In this document: positions 11,364 to 24,317 of the stretch, one piece after another
Numbering within the stretch: the first letter of the stretch is position 1
Layout of the letters: the number at the start of each line of letters is the position of its first letter
Assembly: GCA_048013815.1 (NCBI GenBank)
Contig: CM106585.1
Coordinates: 6,448,001-6,512,000 of the forward strand
Origin: Setoptus koraiensis
Lineage: Eukaryota > Animalia > Arthropoda
Reading direction: 5' to 3'
Length of the DNA: 64,000 bases
The notes under the pieces: generated by a model
Databases searched by the model: none
Seen by the model: only the letters and a program-made list of their open reading frames with translations
What the model was told of the DNA's origin: nothing
Program-made: the position numbers and the translations under genes

Positions 11364-12926
11364 ATGAAGTCCAACAAGCCATTTGGCAAACGCAAAAGCA
11401 AGTCTGCTAACAACAAGAATAAAAAGGAAATAGCGAGCAACACTGAACTATCCACTAATACCATGTCTTCTGCGGATCTTGATGACGAAACAAATCAGGA
11501 AACAGAAATGATCAAAATCCTTGAGAATGATAACGCCCCAAATGTATCCGTGGTGACTGAAGGCGAGGACAGACTTAGAGAATCCGGCGAAAATGATCGA
11601 CTCCTTGAAAATAACGACGATCTCACACCTTTACCTGATGGTTGGGAACAGCATGAGGACAATTCCGGTCCCTATTATTGGCATATAGCCACTGGAACCA
11701 TACAAAGAATTAGGCCATCATCTACTGTATCGCCGCGGCGCGAATCTTATGTTTTCTACCACGACGATGAAGAAATAAATCAATCTCACAAGATCGGATT
11801 GGACTACTTAGACAATTTACGCCCAGAGAGTTCCGCAGTTTCTCAATCATCATTTGTAATCTATCCATTGGGAAATTGTGAATTTGACGAAACACAACTA
11901 ACGTCTGCAACTAGCTCCAAGGCCATACAGCGATGCATACAGCAAATATCAACTGTGGATGACAATGTCGATAATCGCTGCTGGAATCTGGATCCTACAA
12001 AACCCATACTCATGCGATTCCATGATAGAAAAATATTATTCTTCGATTTAGAGACACAACAACTAATATATGGTCAATCTATAGCGGCAATAAGAGTTTG
12101 GGCAGTGAACGATGACAATGATTTTGCTTATGTTGTTGAGGTCTCCGATGAACATCTTCCTATTGGCAATTGCTCCAATGACGAACCAACTCATGAGGAT
12201 TCACTATTGGAGGGTTGCTCGCTGGCGCCCAATCTAAGATGTTATATCTTTCGTTCGTTGGATGACGATGAAATGGGCTCCAAGGTGGCAGATATTTTAA
12301 ATTATGAAATCATCAAAATAAAGGAGACCCAAAATAGTCGTCACAAAAACACTGAATCGCCAAATACAGGTGGGCCCACCGATGATGTAGAAGTGTATCC
12401 TTGCGAGCACGCTATGATCGCCAAATACCTTGGATGTGTCAATCTAAATCGTCCAAGTGGCATCGATATGTTGAACAATGCCATCGACAAGTGTGTTGCT
12501 GAAGCCGAAAAATTAGAGCAACAAATACCATTGAAGGACGACGATAAACAAGAGGAGAGTAACGTTAATATAGATTGTAAGATACATATATCACCATCTA
12601 GTGTGATAGTAGAGTCTTGTTCCAGTGGTAATATAATAGTTGAATGTCGTATAAGATTCTTAACTTTTATGGGCATCAGTAAAAGGGATGTCAAATGGTA
12701 CGGATTTATCATGCAAACGGAGGAAAATAAGTTTCAGGCTCATTGTTTTGAGTGCCTGCCATCGGCAGGACCAGTCTGTAATGCAATTCAATCAGCATGC
12801 ACAAATATGTACAAGAAAGTCATACAAAACTTGGAACCAGAAACGGTTGCACCTAGCAAAGTATCAATTACGAACGCACTGAGGAAGACATTCTCAAAGA
12901 TACGATTGGGCGCTGTATCCTTGTGA
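11364..12926 (+). CDS. APBB: Fe65/APBB-family adaptor (WW + two PTB domains), intronless
   Basis: WW domain LPDGWEQHEDNSGPYYWHIATGTIQ; PTB1 with IRVWAVN; PTB2 AKYLGCV...RPSGIDMLNNAID...ECRIRFLTFMGIS...FIMQ...FECLPSAGPVCNAIQSAC. Confidence 0.92.
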   Translation: MKSNKPFGKRKSKSANNKNKKEIASNTELSTNTMSSADLDDETNQETEMIKILENDNAPNVSVVTEGEDRLRESGENDRLLENNDDLTPLPDGWEQHEDNSGPYYWHIATGTIQRIRPSSTVSPRRESYVFYHDDEEINQSHKIGLDYLDNLRPESSAVSQSSFVIYPLGNCEFDETQLTSATSSKAIQRCIQQISTVDDNVDNRCWNLDPTKPILMRFHDRKILFFDLETQQLIYGQSIAAIRVWAVNDDNDFAYVVEVSDEHLPIGNCSNDEPTHEDSLLEGCSLAPNLRCYIFRSLDDDEMGSKVADILNYEIIKIKETQNSRHKNTESPNTGGPTDDVEVYPCEHAMIAKYLGCVNLNRPSGIDMLNNAIDKCVAEAEKLEQQIPLKDDDKQEESNVNIDCKIHISPSSVIVESCSSGNIIVECRIRFLTFMGISKRDVKWYGFIMQTEENKFQAHCFECLPSAGPVCNAIQSACTNMYKKVIQNLEPETVAPSKVSITNALRKTFSKIRLGAVSL

Positions 12927-15900
12927 TAAAACAATTTTGGGTTGAGAGGAAGAGACAATGCTGCACCTTTTCCGACCAAAACACTTGTTTCTTCAACAAT
13001 GTCTTGCGATTTCGGACATTAATGTATTTTAATTTATATAACTTGCTAAGTAGGTACTTAGTTCAGATAATACTGATTTATACCAACATTAATTGAACCG
13101 TTATCAAATGAATTGATTTTAGTTCTAATTAACAGTAAATGTAATCTTTACAGGCCAGTTTTGCTTTTAAAGATATCTGGCGTCAACCTGCATGAGCTTG
13201 CTCATTGAAAGCGAGACTACTGTAATATTTATGGCAATTCGATACAATAAATGATTTTTCTATCTTCTCCGGCATTCCACACAATATATCTGATCTAGCT
13301 TCTGAGCATACAAAAAGTCAAAAGGTTGATGAGCTTGACAGGCTTGTCATCTTACTTACTTGGATAGTCATGATCGAAGCTCTTCTGCTGTGGCCTGCAC
13401 ATAGAGCTGGTGCGACCTGAATCTTTTTGGGGTTTAGTTAGCCCGGTATTTGAGCCCAAGAAGTATTCTCTGATTTAGTAAGGTAGTAAAGCCTCGCTCA
13501 GTTAGATTTCTAACTAAACGTCAGGAAACTGAGAAGATTGGCCCTCGATCGACTGCTTCCATTCTACTCTGTTCGACAAGCCATGTCGATGGTGCAGAAC
13601 GGAATGATTTGTGACCATTAGCCAGCTTATCGTATATGAGCAAGTACGGCGAGGACTGAAGCTAACGAGTCTAAGTAGATGCACTCATTTTTATTTGAAC
13701 TGGAATTGAGTTTGTTCTCTCAAGAGCGCCCAAAAATGGTATTCTTTCATATAAGAGGAATACCATTCAGAGTAAACTTGTTAAGACCTTCAGGCTGAAG
13801 TAAAATAAATAAAGAGTGAACTTAGCTCTATATTGTTTCGCTAATAGAGAATTGACACGACTCCTGTCTAATCCAGCACAGCTTAGACAAACATACTGCT
13901 ACACGATAAAGGGGCCGAGCCAGGCATCTCAATGTAAACAGCAAACTATGTTGGTTTTACCTGCGGCTTTCTGCTAGAAGTACGTGTCTGTCATATTGGA
14001 CAACAAGATGATCTGTCAGAGTTTGTAGTCGTAAGAAATTGGTCAGTGAGGTGAGGAGCATTTATCATGTGTACGATTAATTTGATAAGCTACGAGCCGT
14101 GAAACGAGGTAATGTGTCTGTAGTTTGTTAGAGTAAGATTGACACGTTGAAGGTAGTAAATTGGTTGAAATATAATAACATTGGATGGAAGCGAACACTA
14201 ATAATGGTTCGGTAATCGCACTCCCTGACGTGACGAAACAGCATTGATGGACAAGATGTCTGCCCACGAATAACAAGAGTAATAGGGGACGAGGCTAGCC
14301 CTTATGTATATTTCTGATGTTATGTAATGTTTATAAATTGCATACTACTACTAATTTTACAAAACTAATCTATTTGCTTGCCATAACACCAATTGTGCCC
14401 CCGCATATTCGTGCCGCAGAATTCTGTTGATCTTTTCGAGCACCTATGTGTTGTTATTGCTGATAGGCAAATAAAGTAATGATCTCGATGCGTTGCAAAA
14501 TGCGAGCAAACATAATTTGTACAAATGGCGAAATTTTCAGTCTGATAACTCAATAAAGAGCCTCCTGTGTCAATTAGAGCTAGGCTAATGGAAAATAGAG
14601 CAGAGCAGACATTATACTGTGCTGCATCATATTCGTAACTTGATTTTCTAGACCAGACACACATCTTCACCGGAGGAAGAACGCCAACATGCAACATCGG
14701 CGAAATTGCTTGTCAATCATTGCTTTGCACATACCGGATCAAAGAATAAAGCTCGGAAGAATTGTAGAAATTCGCCTAGCGTGGCACTTTTACTCTCTAT
14801 ACCTACGATAACAGTCACATAAACGAGGCAATTCGAATTGATATGAGAAAACTGAGCATGGCGGCTGCTTGATGCAAATGATATCCGAACTTTTGTGAGG
14901 CCATGTACTTATTTACTGTTATTGAAGTTAGTAGTTATCAAATAAGCAATTCAGGCAATTATAACAGGTGTAGCTAAATTGAACCTGAACAGATGGAGCA
15001 ATTAGGGCTATAAATATAGGGCCAAGTTTGTAGGAGGATCATGAAAGATTGTTTGTTTAGTAACTGACAAACTCGTGAGTGAGTCTAGCTGGAAATTGAG
15101 CTAACATTGGACCCATTGAGTATCTAGATTTAGCTGGGCTCATTATTACAAATACGATTGGCTGATCAGCGAGTGCAACCAAATTGCATGAGCAAAACTC
15201 TAGATGTAATGGCCACGTTATTATGGAAAGGCATAATGGTTTGAGACATCTACCTGTTTCGGCTCAATTTAAGAGGGCGATATATTAATAGTTTATCGCT
15301 GTTCCGAACTATGACATCGTAAGAACGAAGAGACAGAAATAGCCTAATTTAGCATTCAATGTCAGTTCATTATGGTTACTATGGCTTAATACCTTGCAAC
15401 CGATGCAAACCAATCTACTGTGCGCTTCTATATATACATTTTATACACCTCGATCACTCGATTGTTGCCCTGTTAACGGTTATTTGATCCAAAACACGTG
15501 CAATGCTGCTAGTCTGAACAGAGAAATATCCAGTCTTGTTGTTCGTTCATTTGGTGCTGGTCTCGATATTGCTTATGACAGAATGCAACTTCTATTTATA
15601 GATGCGGCCAGGATGATGATTTGTGTGTGACCACGATATTGTGTGGCACGTGTTTAACACAACCAAATGGATAATGAATGATCGCCACATACATAGCTGA
15701 TCATTAATGATTTGAGAGCCATCACAGCATGCCTCGAATGTACCATGTCGCGGGAGGCTTCAGTCTGACTCAGTTTGAGTCAGTTCTATTGCTCTAAGTT
15801 GAGTCAGGTGTATGATATACCCCCATCAGCAATGCACCAGCTCGTGACTATTCGTTTACGGGCAACTATTTGCATTGAGCGTTTTGCACCAGAAACCTAG

Positions 15901-18447
15901 CTTCCGATTATGGGGCATAAAAGAAAGAGTTGTGATACAGATCGTTGTAGAAGTTAATTACGTAACAAAGTCATGCAGAGGGGCGACGAGCTTATTTGGA
16001 ACAAAAGGATTTGCTAATCGCCGGGTAAATGTTGAAGGCAACAATCGCAATATTGTTGTTGACAGTTCATCTCAGGGACAGTTTGGTTATCAACTCAAGG
16101 GACCTAGCCTAAAATTTTTCTTTTTTCAACTGGAAAATGTGGGCGCTCCACATTTTGGCAACTTTTAATGATGTTAACTACATGCGAGTTACGTAAACAA
16201 AATAGGGGACGATAGTTAGGTTTTAATGATTTCGAATGAATCGACTTTCGAAATTATTTGGTTTGGTGACTCGTTAAGAATTTGAGTGCTTTTTGATTAA
16301 CGTAATCACTCTTGCCTTCAAAAGACTTCCTTCTTGTAAATTACAAGTTGTAATCTAAGGCTCGTCTCTATCGTCAAACTTTCGTTTTTTCGTTTAATCT
16401 AACACCTCCGACATGCTTCCCATTCATCATCATCCATATTTTTGAAGATACTAACAATTCAAATTTGCTGTAATTATTATATTAAAAAGAGAGACATGGC
16501 CAATAAAAGATTCTGGACTCTCGTTTATTAGCACTATGCACGAGCTTCAGTAAGGATGACCGCTAATAGTTCAACCACCGAACAACCTGCGTCGCAAAGA
16601 AGCAAGATGGATATAGACTGCAGAGCATGACTACTATGAGTTAAAGAAAATGTTGTTCGAGACCTACCTGTTCGACCCCAATTGGGGCATAAAAGTTCTA
16701 GTTCGTGGTACTTCGGGATCGACCATTGCAGCTATGTTAATGCAACGGAAAGCTTGCAATTGCGTTTGAAAGAGATCACCTCTCTAAATAAAACATTGTT
16801 ACATAAGATATGCCCCATAGACTTGTGTATAGATTTTCATTGTGGTCTCTATTGCCTTAAGTCGACTCAATTCTACGACATACCACTCACACACAGAGGG
16901 ATATCTCGAATGCACGCGCTTTCTTTTAGCAGAAGAATTCCTCTCTACGCGTATTATATCCTTTTAATTATTATCATGGCGGCAATGCATGATTAATCAT
17001 GAGCTACTCCTCCGATAATGGCATACGCCAGTGGCGCAAGCTTTCTAATCTCGGCATGTCAAACTTCTTCTATTAATAACTGTGTGCTTTATAACGGTTT
17101 AACCAACTAGATTTAGCTGTTCCAGCTCTGAATAGTGGTAGCTCTAGGGGTTTTTTTCCACCATCGCTATGACAAATATCGCTATCAGCTAATATAACCT
17201 ACTTTCTATGTATTGGTTGAATATTATTATTCATTCCAAGTTAATCTGCAAGCTGGCTTGTGTAGGCCACCTACCATTCAATGGATGGGCCCAGAAATCT
17301 AGTTAGTGGTTGAATCAAGCAATGATGATACTCACACACACACTCACGCACTGTGAGTACGCACTCTCGGACTTTCTCATGTGATGGCTTAGTTTTGGGG
17401 CCCCGCTTTCAACAACTGGCTAAAACTGTTCATTTTGCCATCATACATCATTCTCACGAGCTTTCATGCAGCAATCGAATGTTATTAGATTATTGAATGG
17501 CTCAATAGTTTTCCAGCCTAATAGTTGGCTGAGGCAGTGCAACTATCCCGTGAGCATGCTGCTTGGTTGCATCGTTCAATTGTATCACTCGTGATACACA
17601 TACAACCACATTGGTTCTACTACGCGACACGTATGACATCATATTAGATAACTACTCATTTCAGCTTGTGCACCAAACCCAATGCTCATATATAATAACA
17701 CTATCCAATAATGGTTATGCACACAAGAATAGTCAAGATAGCTGATGGTCGTTATGAGCAACGATAAAGACGCCATAAAACGCCAGCAACCGAAGATTGT
17801 TTGTGGGTGTGTGTGTGTGCAAATAACAAGTTGTGTAAAGAACAAGTTTCGCATTGATGCCATCTAAATAATATCATACATTTTATCTCTAATTATCACG
17901 AAAGTTTATCGTAGATTCGCGCGATCACTTGCCATCATTGATTAAACTTTCAGAAAAGTTAAATAAAACAGTGACAGCATCCATCGGAGCGCAAGACAGC
18001 TTAACTTGTAATTCAGAGAGCGTATCGATTAACTGTAAAGTAGCTCTTTGCACCTCCTCATTCGAACCCCCTGTACCAATACTAACTTGAGCTAGCGTAT
18101 GACGTTCGACGTGCTTGTTTCAACATATCTCATTGAGGCCTACGATAGGTATATTCATTGGTTTAGGCACACATACACAGGTAATGACAGTTAAAAATAG
18201 AAATAAAATAAATTAAAAACGCGAACGACATGTTGAAGCTGCTCGTGCTCGTGTGTGTTGCATCAGGTAAAATCTAACCAGCAGAGTGCTCGAAATCATT
18301 AATTCAATGCAATGAAAAATACAAAGTTTCGAAAAGTTGTTCCAGCGATAGCTCAGTTTGCATACAAGAGCTCCGATGGAGGTTCATTATATTAAGTAGT
18401 GAGCAGTATCTACAGGGTTATCATTTGCCTATGATGTCAACAACAGA

Positions 18448-18482
<35 letters not shown>

Positions 18483-19034
18483 AAACAACTACTTGAGCAA
18501 TAGTTCAAATATCTTATTGTTGGTAGTTGCTGCTGTTAATTTGGTTCCTGTGAGCCTATGGCGCAGACCCGTTGAACTTGTATCTGGGCAGACTCGTATT
18601 GAGAGTGCTGTTGTGATGTGGTGCGTCTAGTTGCATGATACTGGCTGATCTGACTTAACTCAATAGAGAGAAAAAAGTTCACTATGGATTAGGTAACCAA
18701 TGCAATACACACACACACACACAAGTTGATTTCCCTTGGAAATGTACTGACTATCGGAGCTAACAAGAAAGCTGTAAGAGCTTGTCAGGGCTCGCTCTTT
18801 AGCTGGCGTCGTAATCATAACCAAGTTCACGGGATACAACAACCACAACAATGCTAAAATCAAACAGCTAACAGTGCACTAGAACGACGCGATTAATTCA
18901 CTCAAAACAAGCGGCAACGAACAATTATCACTACGATTATCGAGACAATCTTGGCAGTATAGTAGTCGGCTAACATTCAACAGTCTCTCATAATCACATA
19001 AAAAAGTTTCTATTTCCGTCAATAAGCTCGAAAC

Positions 19035-19036
<2 letters not shown>

Positions 19037-19078
<42 letters not shown>
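19037..19078. repeat. (AC)n microsatellite
   Basis: Perfect AC run of ~42 nt. Confidence 0.97.
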
Positions 19079-19080
<2 letters not shown>

Positions 19081-19770
19081 GTTCTCTCGCTGTTTATATT
19101 TACATATATATATTGTTCATTGAAAGTTGTTCACGAAGTCAAGTCAAGTATGATTAGGTGCTGCGCTAACTCTTAAACAACAGCAGCAGCGGCAGCATAA
19201 CTTCGAAATATTTATCTTTGGCTCGCTGATTGTTGCCAACATTAGACAGTGCCAAGACTCTAACAATACGTCGATCTAGCAAACACTTGTTTCAGTGCTC
19301 TATAGCTGAGAAAGAGATAGAAAACTTTCGTTTCGTACACTTTCTAAAGTGCTTTGCGCAAATTAAGCAAAAGTAAATTGAGAAAAAGGAGTAAAAAGAG
19401 CGACTCACAAGGGCGCCCTAAAACTCATTCAAGTGAATCAATTCTAATGCCCATTCAATTATCAACTGTCGGTTGGCCTTCTTAATCACAGTCGTCATAA
19501 CAATTGCATAGCACATAGAGGTCATCCATATAATGGTCACTGATTATCATAATAACAATCTATCATCTGCAACTAACAGCTAGCAACTAGTGCGGATTGG
19601 CAAACATCAAGACCGGTCAACATCCGACTGCGCATTCGTTATCATTGTTAGAACTTTTCGATCTTAGTAGATCTTGGTAGATATTCGTTAAAGCTGTTAC
19701 AGCAACATATAAACTCATGAGATATTTCATTGAAGACGATTGGTTAGTCGTTGGTACCCCATGTCACAAC

Positions 19771-20997
19771 ATGTCTCTCACCAAAGACGAAATAAATCTG
19801 ATCAAAGTATCGTGGCGCCCCGTTCTGGAGGACCCACGTGCCAGCGGTATACTATTATTTAAAGAGTAAGTATGATACTTCCATTAATAGTAATACCATC
19901 CGCATGCGTTATTATTATTACATTACATTATTACTTACCTATGTAATGAACTAATTGTTAATCACACCATCCTCTACCTATTCATTTCCGCTCACACACT
20001 CAATTTGAATCTACGTAGGCTCTTTACGAAATTTCCCGGATATTTGAAACTATTCCCAAAATTCAAAGATCTGGACTTGAACAATTTAGACAAAAACAAG
20101 AGACTCGTTGCTCATGCTACCAAAGTCATCGATACAGTCACAACAGTAGTCAATTTACTTGGAGACCAAAGCAAACAAGACATATTAAACGAGGCTCTTC
20201 AATCTACTGCCATTTCGCACATAAGACGTCACATTGGTTTGGATAAATTCAAGAACTTAGGCATAATATTGATTGATTTCATGTGCCAAATAAATCATCG
20301 TTATCAAGGTGAATTCAAACAACGAAGCCAACAGTGTTTAATTAAACGAAATTCATTAATCGAATTCAACAACAATGTCGACAGACAACACAAAGACGCT
20401 GGATTAAATGATTTGGCTTTTGTACGTGACGATGACCATCATGGCCAATCTGACTCAAGCAAAAATGAAATTGCTGACTGTTTGGATTTTTCAGGTGACG
20501 ATATCGATATTGTTGGCAACAACGAACATTCTGGTGGTAACAAGAAACCTAAAAACAGATTAAATGGTAGCTTGAAGAAAGACTTAAATGATCTGCAACA
20601 AAAAATGAAACAAACCTCTCTGGATGGACGCGGTGATGTTGCTCGTTCGAAACAAAATGGACAACAAGATAATCAAAGACAACAATGTATCAAGGCCAAC
20701 AATTACGACGATGATAATATTCTGATGACCAATGACGTCTTACACGGCGCACCGATGTGTGTGGGAGACATAACATTGTCACAATATTTCAAGTGTAATA
20801 TTGACACAAATCATTTAGTTGCAGCTTGGACTAAATTGTACTCTTCTATATTGGATATTGTGCAATCTGAAACAGATAAATACGATCAACTCCCCAAGAG
20901 CGACTCCAAAGAGGAAGAGGATATGAGTAATGCCAGTAGTCAGAATAATCCATCTTCCTCGTCGTCGCTAGACGACGACTCAATTAGACCATTCTAA
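19771..20997 (+). CDS. Globin, 2 exons (19771-19865, 20019-20997), large insertion between helices G and H; alternative upstream in-frame ATG at 19717
   Basis: MSLTKDEINLIKVSW (A helix), phase-2 intron at the typical B12 position, CD1 Phe (KLFPKF), distal His (LVAHATKV), proximal His (AISHIRR), and H helix AAWTKLYSSILDIV. Confidence 0.9.
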
Positions 20998-22004
20998 AGT
21001 TATATAACAGTACTTGACATTAAACCGTTTTTATGTAGCATCTATATATTATATATACCTAATAATAATTTATATTCACTGATAGTATCAATCAACACAA
21101 GTATGACTTTATTTATCGGCTACAAACAAACAAAAATCAACACATTGAAGTTTATAATTGAACTTTAGCATACTTAATCTAATCACTCAATTCGGAATAG
21201 TCATATTAGGAAGGCCATAGTGTGGAGGTTTGTAATTGAAGGAAAAAATCACCAGCACTTCTAATTTATAGCAACAATTAGACACAACTGCAAGCTGACC
21301 ACCACAACAACTAGACATCACTTTACAAAAGGAATTTCTCGCGGCAACACTGCTGCTTTCTTTCTCATCGGTTGTCATGTAATGAGTATTTGCATCATCA
21401 TGACACTTGTATAATAAAGAATATGATCTTGCACCTTATGTTTATCTGGACAGTAACACTTCGCGCTATGAAAAGTTTTAAATAAATCGAGCAACTCGGT
21501 ACTCATTTTGGCATTTATAAACTATATTTTTTTTAGCGTAGAATTTGTTAAGCTAGAGGCAGCCAGCTCGAGAAGTTTTGCATGATGTCGTAAGCAAAAT
21601 CAACTGTTTTTGTTCATACCTGGAAGTGATTGATAAGATTTCAATGATAACGAAGAAACGTTTGGCTCGGACACATTGTCGGCAGTGCCTCTCGCGGATT
21701 CTATTCGTACTAGGCGCACCTTATTGAAAGTGGCACACACTGTGTAGCAGCACTTGTTACATGGGCCATTTATCTTAATCAATCAATCGTGAACATGTAG
21801 CGAACGCGTCAGTTGGTCATGTCCAGGCCACTACGAGCTCGTTATCTGTGTGTGGCAGACAATTATGATAATAATAATAATGGCGAAAATGTCCTAGAGA
21901 ATCGCCTCTAATCATAGAAATTCCAAATATAATTGTAGTTGTTTAAATATCCTATTATTTGTGTCACATAAGTGAGCTTCGTGTACAAAGCCAGCAATAC
22001 AAAA

Positions 22005-23939
22005 ATGCAAAACCATGAGCGCCAATTGCTACAAAAGAATATCGAGAAACTCGCCAGGGCCATAGATTTCGATGGGGTGTCGACATTATTGCTGAGCCGC
22101 AAAACCTTCAACCAATCAAATATTGACCACATCAAGGTAATTACCAACAAAACAAGATACTTCACTCTGTAGCTAACAAGCTTTAATACTAATATTACTA
22201 ACTCTCGTCTAACTCTCGTCTAACATTCCAAACCGATCTGTCCAATTGAAGAGTTACAAAGATGAATACATTTGCAACCTCATGCTACTCACAGATCTGC
22301 AAACTCGCGGACCAAATGCCTTTCAGGATTTCGTTGATGTTTTAAAGGTGACTGAGTGCACTGAGGCCCTTAAAATTATTCCGACAAGCGACTTGGTAAA
22401 AACCGAGACTAAACACTCTCATTCTCGCCAAAGAGGTTATCCATTAGGTTTGCAAACGGGCACAAGTGATATGTTAGGATTAGAAGGCAAGTGGCAACGT
22501 TTCGATGATCACGACAGTGCTGAACGTCCAGACAGTCTGAAAATTCAACAAGATACACCAAACCAAGTTAAAATGCAGCCATCTCCTTTCAATTGGCAGC
22601 TAGTTTCTGATTCACTGGACAGAATGACAACAAAGTCTAAAGATTTCATCGTCAACACTGACAAATTCACTGATTCACTCGCAACACAAGATTCCTCATC
22701 CTCTCAATCATCGCAAAACTCAACTCAATCATCTGAGTTCATGGCTGCTGACTATTTTAGTTCATCACGAACCTTGAAGGTGAGAAAGGCTGAAACGTGC
22801 CACGATAATCCTAAGCAAGACTACAAGTTTACCTCAAGACCCAGAGGACCGTGCTTAATAATAAATAATGTTGACTTTGATTCGGAAATGCTCCCACGAC
22901 GTCATGGATCCGATGAGGACTCGAAAATACTGCAAGATGTCTTCAAACAGCTAGGATTTGAAGTTCATCATGAACGTAATCTAACTGCCAGTACCATGAG
23001 AAAAACATTCTTGAAATTAGTCGCAGCATGTAGACAAGAACATGATGCTTTGTTCTTGATTATTTTGTCACATGGCAGCGAAAGTGGCATATATGGTACA
23101 GATGCAATAGAGTTAGATTTGAATGATATCATGAGCTATTTTGACAATAGACGATGCAAAATAATGATAGGAAAACCAAAAGTATTTATCATACAATCTT
23201 GCAAAGGAAGTAAGTAATGAATAAGTCACAATTCGAATTCTTTTTGTTACCATTGAACCATTATCTATTCGCTGTGTTCAATACATTCAGACTAATAGTT
23301 ATACTTTTCATTGAATAGGGTTGTCTAACTATCTAAGCAGTGAGGACTCAACAGACTCGGCTGCTTGTTCACCAGATTCTCCACCCCAAGTGCTTTCCCA
23401 ACTATTATCTTCCGAAAGTCGCCTCATGGAATCAAGAAGCAGTGAACCATCCAAGAGCTATGGCATACATGCCATTCGAACCGACATGCTGCTATGTTTT
23501 TCATGCGTTCCAGGTGAGAATATATAAACACATCTCAAAGTGGAGTGTTGAAGCTTTGCGTCAAAACTTCTAATAATAAGTTTTCTTTTCCGTTTGAATT
23601 TATCCGCCAAAGGATACGCTTATGTACAAGATGAAGGCAACTCGGGGCCTGGATTAAGCAAAGTTTTGGCTTATTATATAGAAACAAGAGCCTGGGAAAA
23701 AGATTTCCAGCGCATCTTAGCTATGGTGAGTGATAGTTTTATTCAATTGACCATTCGAAAAAATATGTCTGTAAAATATCATTCTCTCTAATGATACGCC
23801 AACATCATTCGTCATATTTACATAGGTGTGCCGGAATATAGAGCGTATATCGTCCAGCGGTGGCTTCACGGAGGCGATTGAAATAAACTGTCTTGGTTGG
23901 AGTAAATGTTTATATCTGAATCCAGGTATTTACAGGTGA
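22005..23939 (+). CDS. CARD-containing initiator caspase (caspase-2/9/Dronc-like), 5 exons (22005-22136, 22252-23209, 23319-23513, 23613-23725, 23826-23939)
   Basis: CARD with TRGPNAF, p20 start RPRGPCLIINNVDF...RRHGSDED, catalytic LSHG and QSCKG, p10 DMLLCFSCVPG|Y...LYLNPG. Introns are GT-AG and in phase. Confidence 0.92.
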
Positions 23940-24052
23940 TATCACAAACGTGAGAGAATTTCGTAATAAACGCAAACAAAAAATCAACTATCGGGCCGGG
24001 ATAGATGTCCTGGTCTATAGGAGAATATTGAAAAAGCTCGCTGTTTCGTGAA

Positions 24053-24253
24053 TTATTTTTTCTTTGATGGGTCCTTAAGGCGGAACTTCTTCATTTGACC
24101 ACAATGAGGTTTGATCAATTTTAACGAATCGATGATGGCATCAGGGCTGACATTTGCCCTCAATAGGTTTAGAATAACGTCAAACACTTCATCATCCAGA
24201 TGTACATTAGTACACGTTAAAAATTGGCGCAACTTCTCCCTATCACTGTCCAT
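24053..24253 (-). CDS. MZT2: MOZART2-like gamma-tubulin complex microprotein (66 aa)
   Basis: LDDEVFDVILNLLRANVSPDAIIDSLK aligns by recall to the MZT2 core IDPDVFKILVDLLKLNVAPLAVFQMLK. Confidence 0.72.
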   Translation of the reverse strand: MDSDREKLRQFLTCTNVHLDDEVFDVILNLLRANVSPDAIIDSLKLIKPHCGQMKKFRLKDPSKKK

Positions 24254-24317
24254 CTTGATATGGGTAATCTAATAATAGAAATAAATATTTTATTATTTTA
24301 TTCCGGTACTTTAATAA

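Noticed and set aside
18345-18400. TAGCTCAG...GAGC...GGTTC tRNA-like pattern
   Set aside because: No proper anticodon, T or acceptor stems.
21791-21824. Two p53-like decamers / a GGTCA half-site upstream of the caspase
   Set aside because: Mismatched half-sites with a 14-nt spacer; expected by chance.
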